From: an uncultured Monoglobus sp.
Lineage (GTDB): Bacteria; Bacillota; Clostridia; Monoglobales; Monoglobaceae
Reading direction: 5' to 3'
DNA length: 64,000 nt
NCBI GenBank assembly: GCA_947628795.1
Contig: CANRBF010000002.1
Location: 166,777-230,776, forward strand
Notes under the pieces: model-generated
Told to the model about the DNA's origin: nothing
Database searches by the model: none
Seen by the model: only the letters and a program-made list of their open reading frames with translations
Program-made: the position numbers and the translations under genes
Shown here: positions 50,957-58,813 of the stretch, piece after piece
Layout: every line of letters starts with the position of its first letter
How positions within the stretch are numbered: the stretch's first letter is position 1

Positions 50957-53632
50957 TTGTTAAAAAAAACCGGACGAATGAAATTAAATAAAAAAATTAT
51001 CGGTGTTTTGACATCGGCCGCCATGCTTGTTTCCGTTATCCCGCTCTCCGCAGCGGAGAGCGGAGCGTTTGCTCCGCGCGAGTATGTGGTGTCGGAGTTC
51101 GTGCGCTCGGTCGGACGCAACAATTTAAACGGCGACTCGGATGTGCTTTCGAGCTTTACCGACAGAGCCGAGATCGACAAAGAGTATGTGTCCGATCTCG
51201 AAAAAGCGGCGGCAAGCGGCCTTATCAGGGGCTACGACGACGGCACTCTGCGACCGAAAGATAATATCACCCGCGTCGAGGCGCTCGCGATACTGGCGAG
51301 ATGTATTCCCGCGGGCTCGGAAAACGGCGGCGAGCCCATCGAGTTTACGGATGTTCCCGACTGGGCAAAGGATGATATAGACAATCTGACGCGGGCGGGT
51401 ATCGTAAAGGGCTACGGCAATGGTCTTCTGGGCTCGGACGACAACATAACCGTTGAGCAGGTAAAACTTCTGACCGACAGGAGCGACGAGCTTTTGAACA
51501 CCGTGCCGATAGGCGAGAGCTTTTACGGCCACGTGAACAGCAAGGCCTTCCGCAACGCGCAGGTCTCATCGGTCAAGGGGATCGACGCGATGCACGGCGG
51601 TATAATCGACACCGAGAACGCGTGGTCAAATTTAGGCGATATGCAGGCGGATATAAACGTGAAAGAGCGAGAGCTTCTTGAAAACCTCATGGGCGGCAAA
51701 CTTGATTATGAGCGCGGCACCGCGGAGCAGCGCGTTCACGATATGCTCCTTTGCATGCAGGATTCCGCCGAGCCGACAGAGACGGACAAGCAGCTGATAC
51801 TTGATCTCAGAAACACAATAATGCATGCCGACACGGTCGAGGCGCTCGCGGACGCGTCAACAGATATACTCAGAAATATAGGCGCCGCCACATTGTTTGA
51901 CATACAGGCAGTGAAGGACCCGCAGAGCGGCGGCGTGCTGCCGTGCGTGCTGATCAACCCTGTAGGCGACATGGGCGTTATAAATTACAGACAATCGACA
52001 AAAGATTCCTTCGGCTCGTTTTACGAGGACGCGCTGAAAGAGGCTCTTTCGACAATGGGATATGAGTTTTCGGACGGCGATATCAAGAAAGCGCTTGAGC
52101 TGCAGGATCTGGCGAGCCGCGACACAAATCCGATGTCGTCGATCATTATGGGCATGAGCCTCAGAATGATGATCGATCCGTCGGTAAACATCGACGGGAT
52201 AGTAGAGGAATTGTACAGAGCGGCGGGAGAGCACGGAATTGATATCGAGAACTACACCGCTGACGAGACAAATTATCAAAAATACGATGAGGCGTCAGCT
52301 GACGGCCTGCTTTCAGATATCAAGCTTGCCTCGCTCCTTAGGGAACTCGGGTTTGAAAAAACCGACACGGTTTTGTCGCACAGCAGTAACACGGCGAAGG
52401 AGATCGACGCGCTTTTGACAAATGATAATTTAAGCGCGCTAAAGATCAACGCGCTGATCGCTCTTGCGGACGCGGGCTGCTATTTGAACTCGGACGAGGG
52501 CGCGGCTTTTGAAAACCTTGAAAATGTCAAAACGGCCGCAGAAATGTTTATGTCGGGCGACGAGCCGCCCACGCGCGAGAGCATAACGGATATGACGGCA
52601 AAGTTCCGCGAAATGACGGGCGAGCCGGGCGAGACATACGGCGATGACGGCGTTTTAAGCGATAAAAATATTAATGTTATCAGACAGCTGCTTCCGAACG
52701 ATATTGGAACGATGTACTGTGATTATTATTATGACGACAGCGTCACCGACGATGTGCGCAGCATGGTAGGCGATATACTCGGCGAGTACGCGAATATCAT
52801 TAATGACAACACATGGCTGAGCGAGCAGGCCAAGCGAACCGCGGTCAAGAAAATCGAAAACATGAAAACGGTTATCGGCCGCTTTGAAAACGGCTCGTCT
52901 CCCGTGATCATTTCGCCCGAGGAAGGCGGCACATATTTCAACAACAGCATGAGAATAAACGGCGATAACTTTAACACTGTGAAACGCGAGTGCGACGAGG
53001 ACGACTTCTCGGCGGTACTGGCGCAGATCTCTCCCGACACGACAGACGCGGATTATATTTACGACATAAACAGCATTTTCGTGTGCGCGGGTCTGCTTCA
53101 GGATAAGATGTATGACCCGGGCGCGAGCCGCGCGCGGAACCTTGGCACCGTGGGAGCGATCACCGCTCACGAGATAAGTCACGCGTTTGACGATATCGGC
53201 TCCGGATATGACGAAAAAGGCAACGAGAAAAATTGGTGGACAGACGGCGATCTTGAGGAATACAATAAGCGCACTCAAGAATTTATAGAGTATTACGACA
53301 AGTTCTCTCTTGCCGAGGGTGTTGAGCAAAACGGAGAGGAAGCCGTCTACGAGAATATGGCGGACTACGCGGGTCTGCGCTGCGTTCTGAATATTCTGAA
53401 GGACGATCCCGACGGCCAAAAGGAAGCCGTCGAAGCGTGGGCCGGAGCTCTTGCCAAGCTCGGAACCGAGAATTTTATAACCGACACGCAGCTTATTCCC
53501 GATGTCCGCTCGGAGAGCAGCGTCAGAGTTGACGCGGTCATGGCGTCGATGGATGAGTTCTATCAAATATATAATATCTCGGAGGACGATCCGATGTATG
53601 TGCCGCCCGAGCAGAGACTGAAATTATGGTAA
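50957..53632 (+). CDS. SLH-domain M13-family zinc metallopeptidase, copy 2 (tandem paralog; the track start is a TTG, and an alternative ATG lies 21 nt downstream)
   Basis: Same architecture; HEISHAFD; ENMADYAGL. Confidence 0.8.
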   Translation: MLKKTGRMKLNKKIIGVLTSAAMLVSVIPLSAAESGAFAPREYVVSEFVRSVGRNNLNGDSDVLSSFTDRAEIDKEYVSDLEKAAASGLIRGYDDGTLRPKDNITRVEALAILARCIPAGSENGGEPIEFTDVPDWAKDDIDNLTRAGIVKGYGNGLLGSDDNITVEQVKLLTDRSDELLNTVPIGESFYGHVNSKAFRNAQVSSVKGIDAMHGGIIDTENAWSNLGDMQADINVKERELLENLMGGKLDYERGTAEQRVHDMLLCMQDSAEPTETDKQLILDLRNTIMHADTVEALADASTDILRNIGAATLFDIQAVKDPQSGGVLPCVLINPVGDMGVINYRQSTKDSFGSFYEDALKEALSTMGYEFSDGDIKKALELQDLASRDTNPMSSIIMGMSLRMMIDPSVNIDGIVEELYRAAGEHGIDIENYTADETNYQKYDEASADGLLSDIKLASLLRELGFEKTDTVLSHSSNTAKEIDALLTNDNLSALKINALIALADAGCYLNSDEGAAFENLENVKTAAEMFMSGDEPPTRESITDMTAKFREMTGEPGETYGDDGVLSDKNINVIRQLLPNDIGTMYCDYYYDDSVTDDVRSMVGDILGEYANIINDNTWLSEQAKRTAVKKIENMKTVIGRFENGSSPVIISPEEGGTYFNNSMRINGDNFNTVKRECDEDDFSAVLAQISPDTTDADYIYDINSIFVCAGLLQDKMYDPGASRARNLGTVGAITAHEISHAFDDIGSGYDEKGNEKNWWTDGDLEEYNKRTQEFIEYYDKFSLAEGVEQNGEEAVYENMADYAGLRCVLNILKDDPDGQKEAVEAWAGALAKLGTENFITDTQLIPDVRSESSVRVDAVMASMDEFYQIYNISEDDPMYVPPEQRLKLW

Positions 53633-53644
53633 AATCAAAACAAC

Positions 53645-53684
53645 AAAAAATATCCCGTCTGCGATCGCGGACGGGATATTTTCA
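53645..53684. terminator. Bidirectional terminator ATCCCGTC-(GCGATCGCG)-GACGGGAT between the convergent M13 and PAP2 genes
   Basis: 8-bp stem flanked by A6 and ATTTTC. Confidence 0.6.
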
Positions 53685-53693
53685 AATCATAAA

Positions 53694-54671
53694 TTATTTT
53701 GCGTGCTTCTTAAAGGGTATCGCGATCAGCTTCGCTATCGCGGGTGCGCCCGCAGTGAAGTACAGGATCAACACAAACTGAACAAGAGCCTTTGAAAAGC
53801 CCGAGCCCAGCGCGCCCTTCAGCATATCCGCAGCGGGTCCCGCCGCCGTGTTAAGCATTTCGAAGATAAACACGCAAACGAAAACTCTTATGAAGCGCTC
53901 CAAAATTCCGGTGTCGGTCGTGAAGTTTATAAAGCGGCGCTCGATGAACCAGCCGATAAAAAATCCTATACCCATGCCGGCGTTTTTGTAGGAGTCGACC
54001 GCCATTTTTGAGCCCTCGACGATAACCGAGCCGTCGGCCGCGTAGTCGACCGGGTACGACTTGAGCGCGGCGTATACGATAAGCAGCGCGCACAGCGCCA
54101 CACCGCCGAGCATTACCCAGATGTCCGCTTTGGGATTTTTGTCAACAACGGGCAAAAGCTTCGCGATAAGGAACAGCACCGCGACGCCGATAACGAACGC
54201 GACAATAACATCCTGCGGCGTGTGAACGCCCAGATAATTCCTCGAGAACGCGATAAGAACAACAAGCACCCACAAAATGACTTGGAAAAACCTCGGTAAT
54301 TTCACGCCGTCATCGGTGTTCATCGCGAGCCCGCCCCAAAAGCTGACCGCGTTGGCCGTGTGGCCGCTGGGGAACGAGTATCCCGTCGCGTCGGCCTTGG
54401 CCGCGGGCACGGGCTCGATTCGGGCGTCGCGTATCCACGGGCGGTAGGCGCAGGCCGTTATTTTAACAAAGCCGTTTATGATTCTGTTTGTAAACAGCGT
54501 GAACATTAAATAAATGCCCTTTTTCTTGTCGACCGCCCAGTAAAAAAGCCCGAGGATCAACAGCAGCGTCGATGTTTCGCCCAGCTTCGTTATGTATTCC
54601 ATGATCGTGTCCAGAACGCCTCCGGTAGCTTCGCGGAAATTTTGAAGCATAAGCAAATAATTGATGTCCAT
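53694..54671 (-). CDS. PAP2-family (type 2 phosphatidic acid / undecaprenyl-pyrophosphate phosphatase-like) membrane protein
   Basis: KxxxxxxRP (KITACAYRPW), PSGH (SFPSGHT) and SRxxxxxHxxxD (SRNYLGVHTPQD) motifs. Confidence 0.75.
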   Translation of the reverse strand: MDINYLLMLQNFREATGGVLDTIMEYITKLGETSTLLLILGLFYWAVDKKKGIYLMFTLFTNRIINGFVKITACAYRPWIRDARIEPVPAAKADATGYSFPSGHTANAVSFWGGLAMNTDDGVKLPRFFQVILWVLVVLIAFSRNYLGVHTPQDVIVAFVIGVAVLFLIAKLLPVVDKNPKADIWVMLGGVALCALLIVYAALKSYPVDYAADGSVIVEGSKMAVDSYKNAGMGIGFFIGWFIERRFINFTTDTGILERFIRVFVCVFIFEMLNTAAGPAADMLKGALGSGFSKALVQFVLILYFTAGAPAIAKLIAIPFKKHAK

Positions 54672-54756
54672 AAAACTCTCCTTTCTTGATTCAGCGCGGG
54701 CATTTTTGGACGCCGCGCTTTAAGTTTGTTTTGTTGTTTAATAATTTTTCTAAAAT

Positions 54757-54820
54757 ATTATATCACATAAAAACGGGTGTGTCTATATTATTCGTGTCAG
54801 ATTTCGGGCGATTCGTGTCA
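54757..54820 (-). promoter_or_regulatory. PAP2-gene promoter with two direct repeats (putative LytTR operator). Minus-strand reading: TGACACGAAT-N11-TGACACGAAT-N4-TAGACA(-35)-17-TGaTATAAT(-10).
   Basis: Repeats at 54790-54799 and 54811-54820 (21-bp periodicity); -35 at 54785-54780; extended -10 at 54765-54757. Confidence 0.5.
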
Positions 54821-54867
54821 TGAAAACATCATTTTATGCGATGCGCGGCCGCGTAATTGCGCGCCGA

Positions 54868-54932
54868 TTACACGAATCATGCGTTTTGCGACATGAATCG
54901 TTATGGACATACATCGGTTTTTGTGGTAAAAT
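54868..54932 (+). promoter_or_regulatory. Histidine-kinase promoter with the mirror-image repeat pair: TTACACGAAT-N11-CGACATGAAT-N5-TGGACA(-35)-17-TGgTAAAAT(-10)
   Basis: Repeats at 54868-54877 and 54889-54898; -35 at 54904-54909; -10 at 54927-54932. Confidence 0.5.
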
Positions 54933-54978
54933 ATAAATATATCATATAAGTTAGTTTTAAAATGATGGGGGTGAAATC

Positions 54979-56859
54979 ATGAGTTCATACGAGAAAAGGC
55001 AGTATATACTCGGTATCGCGGCCGTTATTTGCGTGTTTGTATTCGTTTTCGCGGTTTACTCGCTGCTGCAGAGAACCGATCTTAAAGACATAAACATGGA
55101 CCCGGGAGCAGATATGGACTGGAGCTATGAAATAATTTCGGGTTCGGTCTCTAGACCCGCTGAGCCCGAGATCATTGACGAATATACCGTGAGCTTTCCC
55201 GGAGAGAGCGGCAGAGCCGTTAAGGCCGAGAGAACTTTGAAGGAGCAGCTTGACGGCGCGCATCTCGGAATATTTTTATATGACGCCGTGTGCGGAGCAG
55301 ACGTATATCTTGACGACGATATGATATACACAAGCTTTGAGGGCGCTCCCAGAGACGAGTCGGGCTGCGCCGTGACCGACGGCTTTGAGCCGTGCCCGTC
55401 CGAAAAGATCGAAATATTTTTGCCCGACGACTATGTTGGGCGCAAATTGACCGTTATTTCGTATTTTCCGTCCGAGACGGAAAATATTGTCCCGATATTC
55501 CCGTATTTGTGCAGCAGCGAAACTCTGTTCGCCTTGACCTCGGTCGAAAATGTGGTGCCGATCACCCACGCGGCGCAGAACGCTTTCCTGGTGCTTTTGA
55601 CCGCGCTTATCTATCTGCTTGATATAAAAAACGGTAAAGCGGACAAACGGATATTGCTCCTGACGCTGTTTTATTTGATCTTGTTTATGTACCAATGCTT
55701 TGAGTCAAACGCGGGGACCTACAGTCTGCTGCCCGAAAAGCTGGGCGCGCTTGAGTTTATATGCGAGCTGCGCATTGCGCCGCTGCTGCTGTTCATAGCG
55801 CTATATCTCACATCCTGGCGGCGCGTTGTCCTTGCCGCCGCGACCGGAGCTTGGTTTGTGTTTGACAGCGCAAAGATGATAAGGGAATGGGTACTGACCG
55901 GCTCGTATCCCGCGGAACCGACGGCTCCGATAGTATTAGCTTTGATCTTACTCACGCTGATCATGTTAATACTCGAGATGAGATATAAAAAGATGAAATT
56001 CAAAAAATATTATATCATATATATTCTTATCGCGGCGGTCGCCGGCGTTGTGCGCCTGATCAGGCTGAGCTCCGAGTGGTACGGAAATGTGACGGACTAT
56101 TTAAAGCTTTTGTTTGTGAGCCCGATGCACGGTGTTTTTTATCCGCTTTTGCAGTATGTATTTTTCATCGGCATTTTTACTATCACAGCTGTCGTTATTA
56201 TCGAGTTTGTGAGACGCACGCTCTATTCCAGAGTAATGCTGGGCGTGCTTGAGGAACAAAACAAGCGCGCGATGAAAAGCTACAAGCGAATGGCAGAGTC
56301 CGAGAAGGAGACATACTCGATAAGGCATGAGATACGCCACCACATGCTCACATTGTCCGCGATGCTGAAGAACGGTGAGATCGACCGGGCGGGCGAGTAC
56401 GCGCAGTCTTTGACAAATGAATACAACGATATGCCGGACGGTCAATACAGCAAAAACATGATGGTGAATATTATCGCGAGCGAATATCTGGGCCGCGCCA
56501 AGGCGCGCGGGATCGAGGTCAAACACAGCTTCAATATTCCCGAGGAGATCCCGATCTCGGATACCGATTTTTGCGTATTTCTCACAAACATGTTTGAAAA
56601 CTCCTTGAACGCCTGCGAAAAAATTGACACGGGCCAAAAGCGTTATATTCATGCGAAAATGTACATAAATGGCAAATATCTGTTTATCGGATGCGAGAAC
56701 AGCGCTCCGGGCAGCGGCGAAGCGGCGGTTAAAAAAGGCAAAACCCACGGCTACGGTCTTGAAAACATGAAAAGGATAGTTCAAAAGTACGGGGGAATGC
56801 TGCATATCGAGAGAAAGAATTCCTCGTTTGCGCTGAAAAGCGATTTCTGCCTGAAATAG
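54979..56859 (+). CDS. Sensor histidine kinase with C-terminal GHKL (HATPase_c_5, AgrC/VirS-type) domain. One N-terminal TM, a roughly 150-aa extracytoplasmic domain, and six further TMs.
   Basis: H-box region SIRHEIRHHM; C-terminal GYGLENMKRIVQKYGG. Confidence 0.7.
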   Translation: MSSYEKRQYILGIAAVICVFVFVFAVYSLLQRTDLKDINMDPGADMDWSYEIISGSVSRPAEPEIIDEYTVSFPGESGRAVKAERTLKEQLDGAHLGIFLYDAVCGADVYLDDDMIYTSFEGAPRDESGCAVTDGFEPCPSEKIEIFLPDDYVGRKLTVISYFPSETENIVPIFPYLCSSETLFALTSVENVVPITHAAQNAFLVLLTALIYLLDIKNGKADKRILLLTLFYLILFMYQCFESNAGTYSLLPEKLGALEFICELRIAPLLLFIALYLTSWRRVVLAAATGAWFVFDSAKMIREWVLTGSYPAEPTAPIVLALILLTLIMLILEMRYKKMKFKKYYIIYILIAAVAGVVRLIRLSSEWYGNVTDYLKLLFVSPMHGVFYPLLQYVFFIGIFTITAVVIIEFVRRTLYSRVMLGVLEEQNKRAMKSYKRMAESEKETYSIRHEIRHHMLTLSAMLKNGEIDRAGEYAQSLTNEYNDMPDGQYSKNMMVNIIASEYLGRAKARGIEVKHSFNIPEEIPISDTDFCVFLTNMFENSLNACEKIDTGQKRYIHAKMYINGKYLFIGCENSAPGSGEAAVKKGKTHGYGLENMKRIVQKYGGMLHIERKNSSFALKSDFCLK

Positions 56860-56915
56860 GAGTTTTAAATATAAAGCAAATAGTAAAGGCGCCGTTTTAA
56901 CTGCGGCGTCTTAGT

Positions 56916-57644
56916 TTATCCGAATATATCTTTTTTGTCGAGAAATTCCAAAAACCGGAGCTGGACTCTGTTAAACTGCGATTTGCTGATCGGGATGACC
57001 TCTCCGTTTGAGAGCAGTATGTCAAAACGCAAGATCTCGGTAATATAATTCATATTGACGAGATAGCTTCTGTGTGGACGCACAAAGGGCGCACGCGGCA
57101 ACTGATTTTCGATCTCGCTGAGCGTGCCGTGAAGAACGACCTCGGTTCCGTTGCTTTTATGTATGGCTATGCGGTGTCCGTATATTTCAAAATAAAGTAT
57201 CTCATTGAGTTTCACTTTAATTAAGCCGTTTGACGATGTAAAGCAGACATTGTCCATCATATGCTTTTTCATGTATCTGTTAAGCGCCTCTTCGAGCTTA
57301 TCGCTGCCGAGCGGCTTTAAAATATAGTATATGGGATCAACGTCAAAGCTTTCGATCGCGTATTCTTTGGCTGTAGTTATAAAAATAATATCGGTATTTT
57401 GGTTGTTTCTGCGAAACTCCTTCGCGTAACTCATGCCGTTTTCATCGTCAAAGAATATGTCAAGCAGCAGCAGGTCATACTCGGTGCCGCTTTTTATTGA
57501 GTCGTCAAGGGCGGACACATCATTGAAAGATCGAATGATGCAATCCGTTTCCACGTCGGAAAAAAAGCTGCGCACACATTTTGCCGTATTGCTGCAAAAT
57601 TCCGCGTCGTCGTCGCATATAGCAATTTTTTGCATGACAAACAC
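56916..57644 (-). CDS. LytTR-family response regulator (REC + LytTR DNA-binding domain)
   Basis: REC 'IAICDDD...LLLLDI'; LytTR C-terminal 'ILYFEIYGHRIAIHKSNGTEVVLHGTLSEIENQLP...FVRPHRSYLVNMNYI'. Confidence 0.8.
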   Translation of the reverse strand: MFVMQKIAICDDDAEFCSNTAKCVRSFFSDVETDCIIRSFNDVSALDDSIKSGTEYDLLLLDIFFDDENGMSYAKEFRRNNQNTDIIFITTAKEYAIESFDVDPIYYILKPLGSDKLEEALNRYMKKHMMDNVCFTSSNGLIKVKLNEILYFEIYGHRIAIHKSNGTEVVLHGTLSEIENQLPRAPFVRPHRSYLVNMNYITEILRFDILLSNGEVIPISKSQFNRVQLRFLEFLDKKDIFG

Positions 57645-57668
57645 CTCGGTTCGATCTTTCTCCCTTCT

Positions 57669-57734
57669 TTAGTAAGTACTGATTAAATAACGCCTACGGC
57701 TTGGCACGCCGCTTGCTTGCGATAATTCCGTCAT
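57669..57734 (-). CDS. Candidate 21-codon small ORF (MTELSQASGVPSRRRYLISTY) with a strong RBS, immediately upstream of and co-oriented with the LytTR regulator
   Basis: AAGGAGG 11 nt upstream of the ATG; stop TAA 24 nt before the regulator start. Confidence 0.25.
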   Translation of the reverse strand: MTELSQASGVPSRRRYLISTY

Positions 57735-57962
57735 ATTGTTCAAAACCTCCTTGCCATACACAAAGTATGCCGCGTCGCTTTTGAGAAATCTGACAAAATT
57801 CCTGCGGCGCAATCAACGCACCATATTTAATCAGCACTTACTTTACAGCACCAAACATATTTTATCATAATTTATTAAAAAAATCAAGCAAAAAAGTAAA
57901 ATTACTATAAAATTTATAGGTTATATAGTATTACGCCGATTGCATAGACCGCAAAATATTTA

Positions 57963-57990
57963 AGAAAAATCGGCGGTATAATTACCGCCG
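57963..57990 (-). terminator. Terminator CGGCGGTA-taat-TACCGCCG followed by ATTTTTCTT on the minus strand
   Basis: 8-bp perfect stem. Confidence 0.6.
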
Positions 57991-57999
57991 AAAGTGTTG

Positions 58000-58611
58000 C
58001 TATTTAAATACTTTTTTGATTATTATATCAACTTTTTTGCCTATATAGCCGACTATAACGTCGTCCGCGATATTGGCAATAACCGATTTTTCCAGCTCGT
58101 CCCAGGTTTCCTTATCTTTGTTATCCTGTGCGCTGTCTCTGTAATTTTTAAGGGACCATGCCTCCGACCAGATCTCGTTTTGCAGATGTCCCGTTGCCGA
58201 GCCCATGTCGTAAAACTCATATCCCGCAGTGTTTGACATTCTCGACGCTTCGATATAGCCGTCCGCCATTGATTCCGCGATAAGCTTGATCTTGTTTATG
58301 ATTCCCTTTGAGGAAGCGTTTACGCCGGATTTTGAGACCGACATGATCTCCTCTTTTTTGTCGAGCGTCATGCGCTTTGTCTTTATCGCGGCGTGCAGCT
58401 CGTACTCCGGACCGTCGTTCTCTATCCAGAACTCGCCGTTACCGATCTCCAGAAGCTCGGGCATCATGCCGACCATTTCCTCCGCCAGAAGGCGCAGCTG
58501 GAGTGACTGCTTGGCGCTCAGCTTATTATATGACGCCGATTTTTCGGCCTCGGCCAAAATATTATCGAGCGTTGACTTATCGTTTGTCAGCTTGCATACA
58601 TCTGTTTTCAT
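58000..58611 (-). CDS. Hypothetical cytoplasmic protein (203 aa), lower GC
   Basis: ORF track; no recognisable motifs. Confidence 0.45.
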   Translation of the reverse strand: MKTDVCKLTNDKSTLDNILAEAEKSASYNKLSAKQSLQLRLLAEEMVGMMPELLEIGNGEFWIENDGPEYELHAAIKTKRMTLDKKEEIMSVSKSGVNASSKGIINKIKLIAESMADGYIEASRMSNTAGYEFYDMGSATGHLQNEIWSEAWSLKNYRDSAQDNKDKETWDELEKSVIANIADDVIVGYIGKKVDIIIKKVFK

Positions 58612-58748
58612 TTTGTGACCCCATTTCGTTAAAATATCTTATTTTTTTATTATACATTATTTTGATTTAAAATGCAATAGAAAATTTTAACTTTGCGTGA
58701 AATGTTATGATTTTGACGTGAATGTGCCCAAAACAGGCGTGAAACGTC

Positions 58749-58778
58749 TTGCTATTTTCGATTGATTTATGGTATAAT
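58749..58778 (+). promoter_or_regulatory. Promoter TTGCTA-18-TGgTATAAT (extended -10)
   Basis: 58749-58754; 58770-58778. Confidence 0.45.
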
Positions 58779-58813
58779 TATTATAATAATAAAATGTCTG
58801 GAGTGATAGACCT

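Noticed and set aside
52655-53566. 303-aa minus-strand ORF
   Set aside because: It lies inside M13 peptidase copy 2 on the opposite strand and is a shadow ORF.
54979-57734. Complete agr-type quorum-sensing locus
   Set aside because: There is no AgrB-like membrane protease and no AgrD-like propeptide. The kinase and regulator are convergent, not in one operon.
57735-57900. LytTR-type repeats upstream of the response-regulator gene
   Set aside because: Only weak resemblances were found (ATACACAAAG / TGACAAAAT), and they are not at 21-bp spacing.
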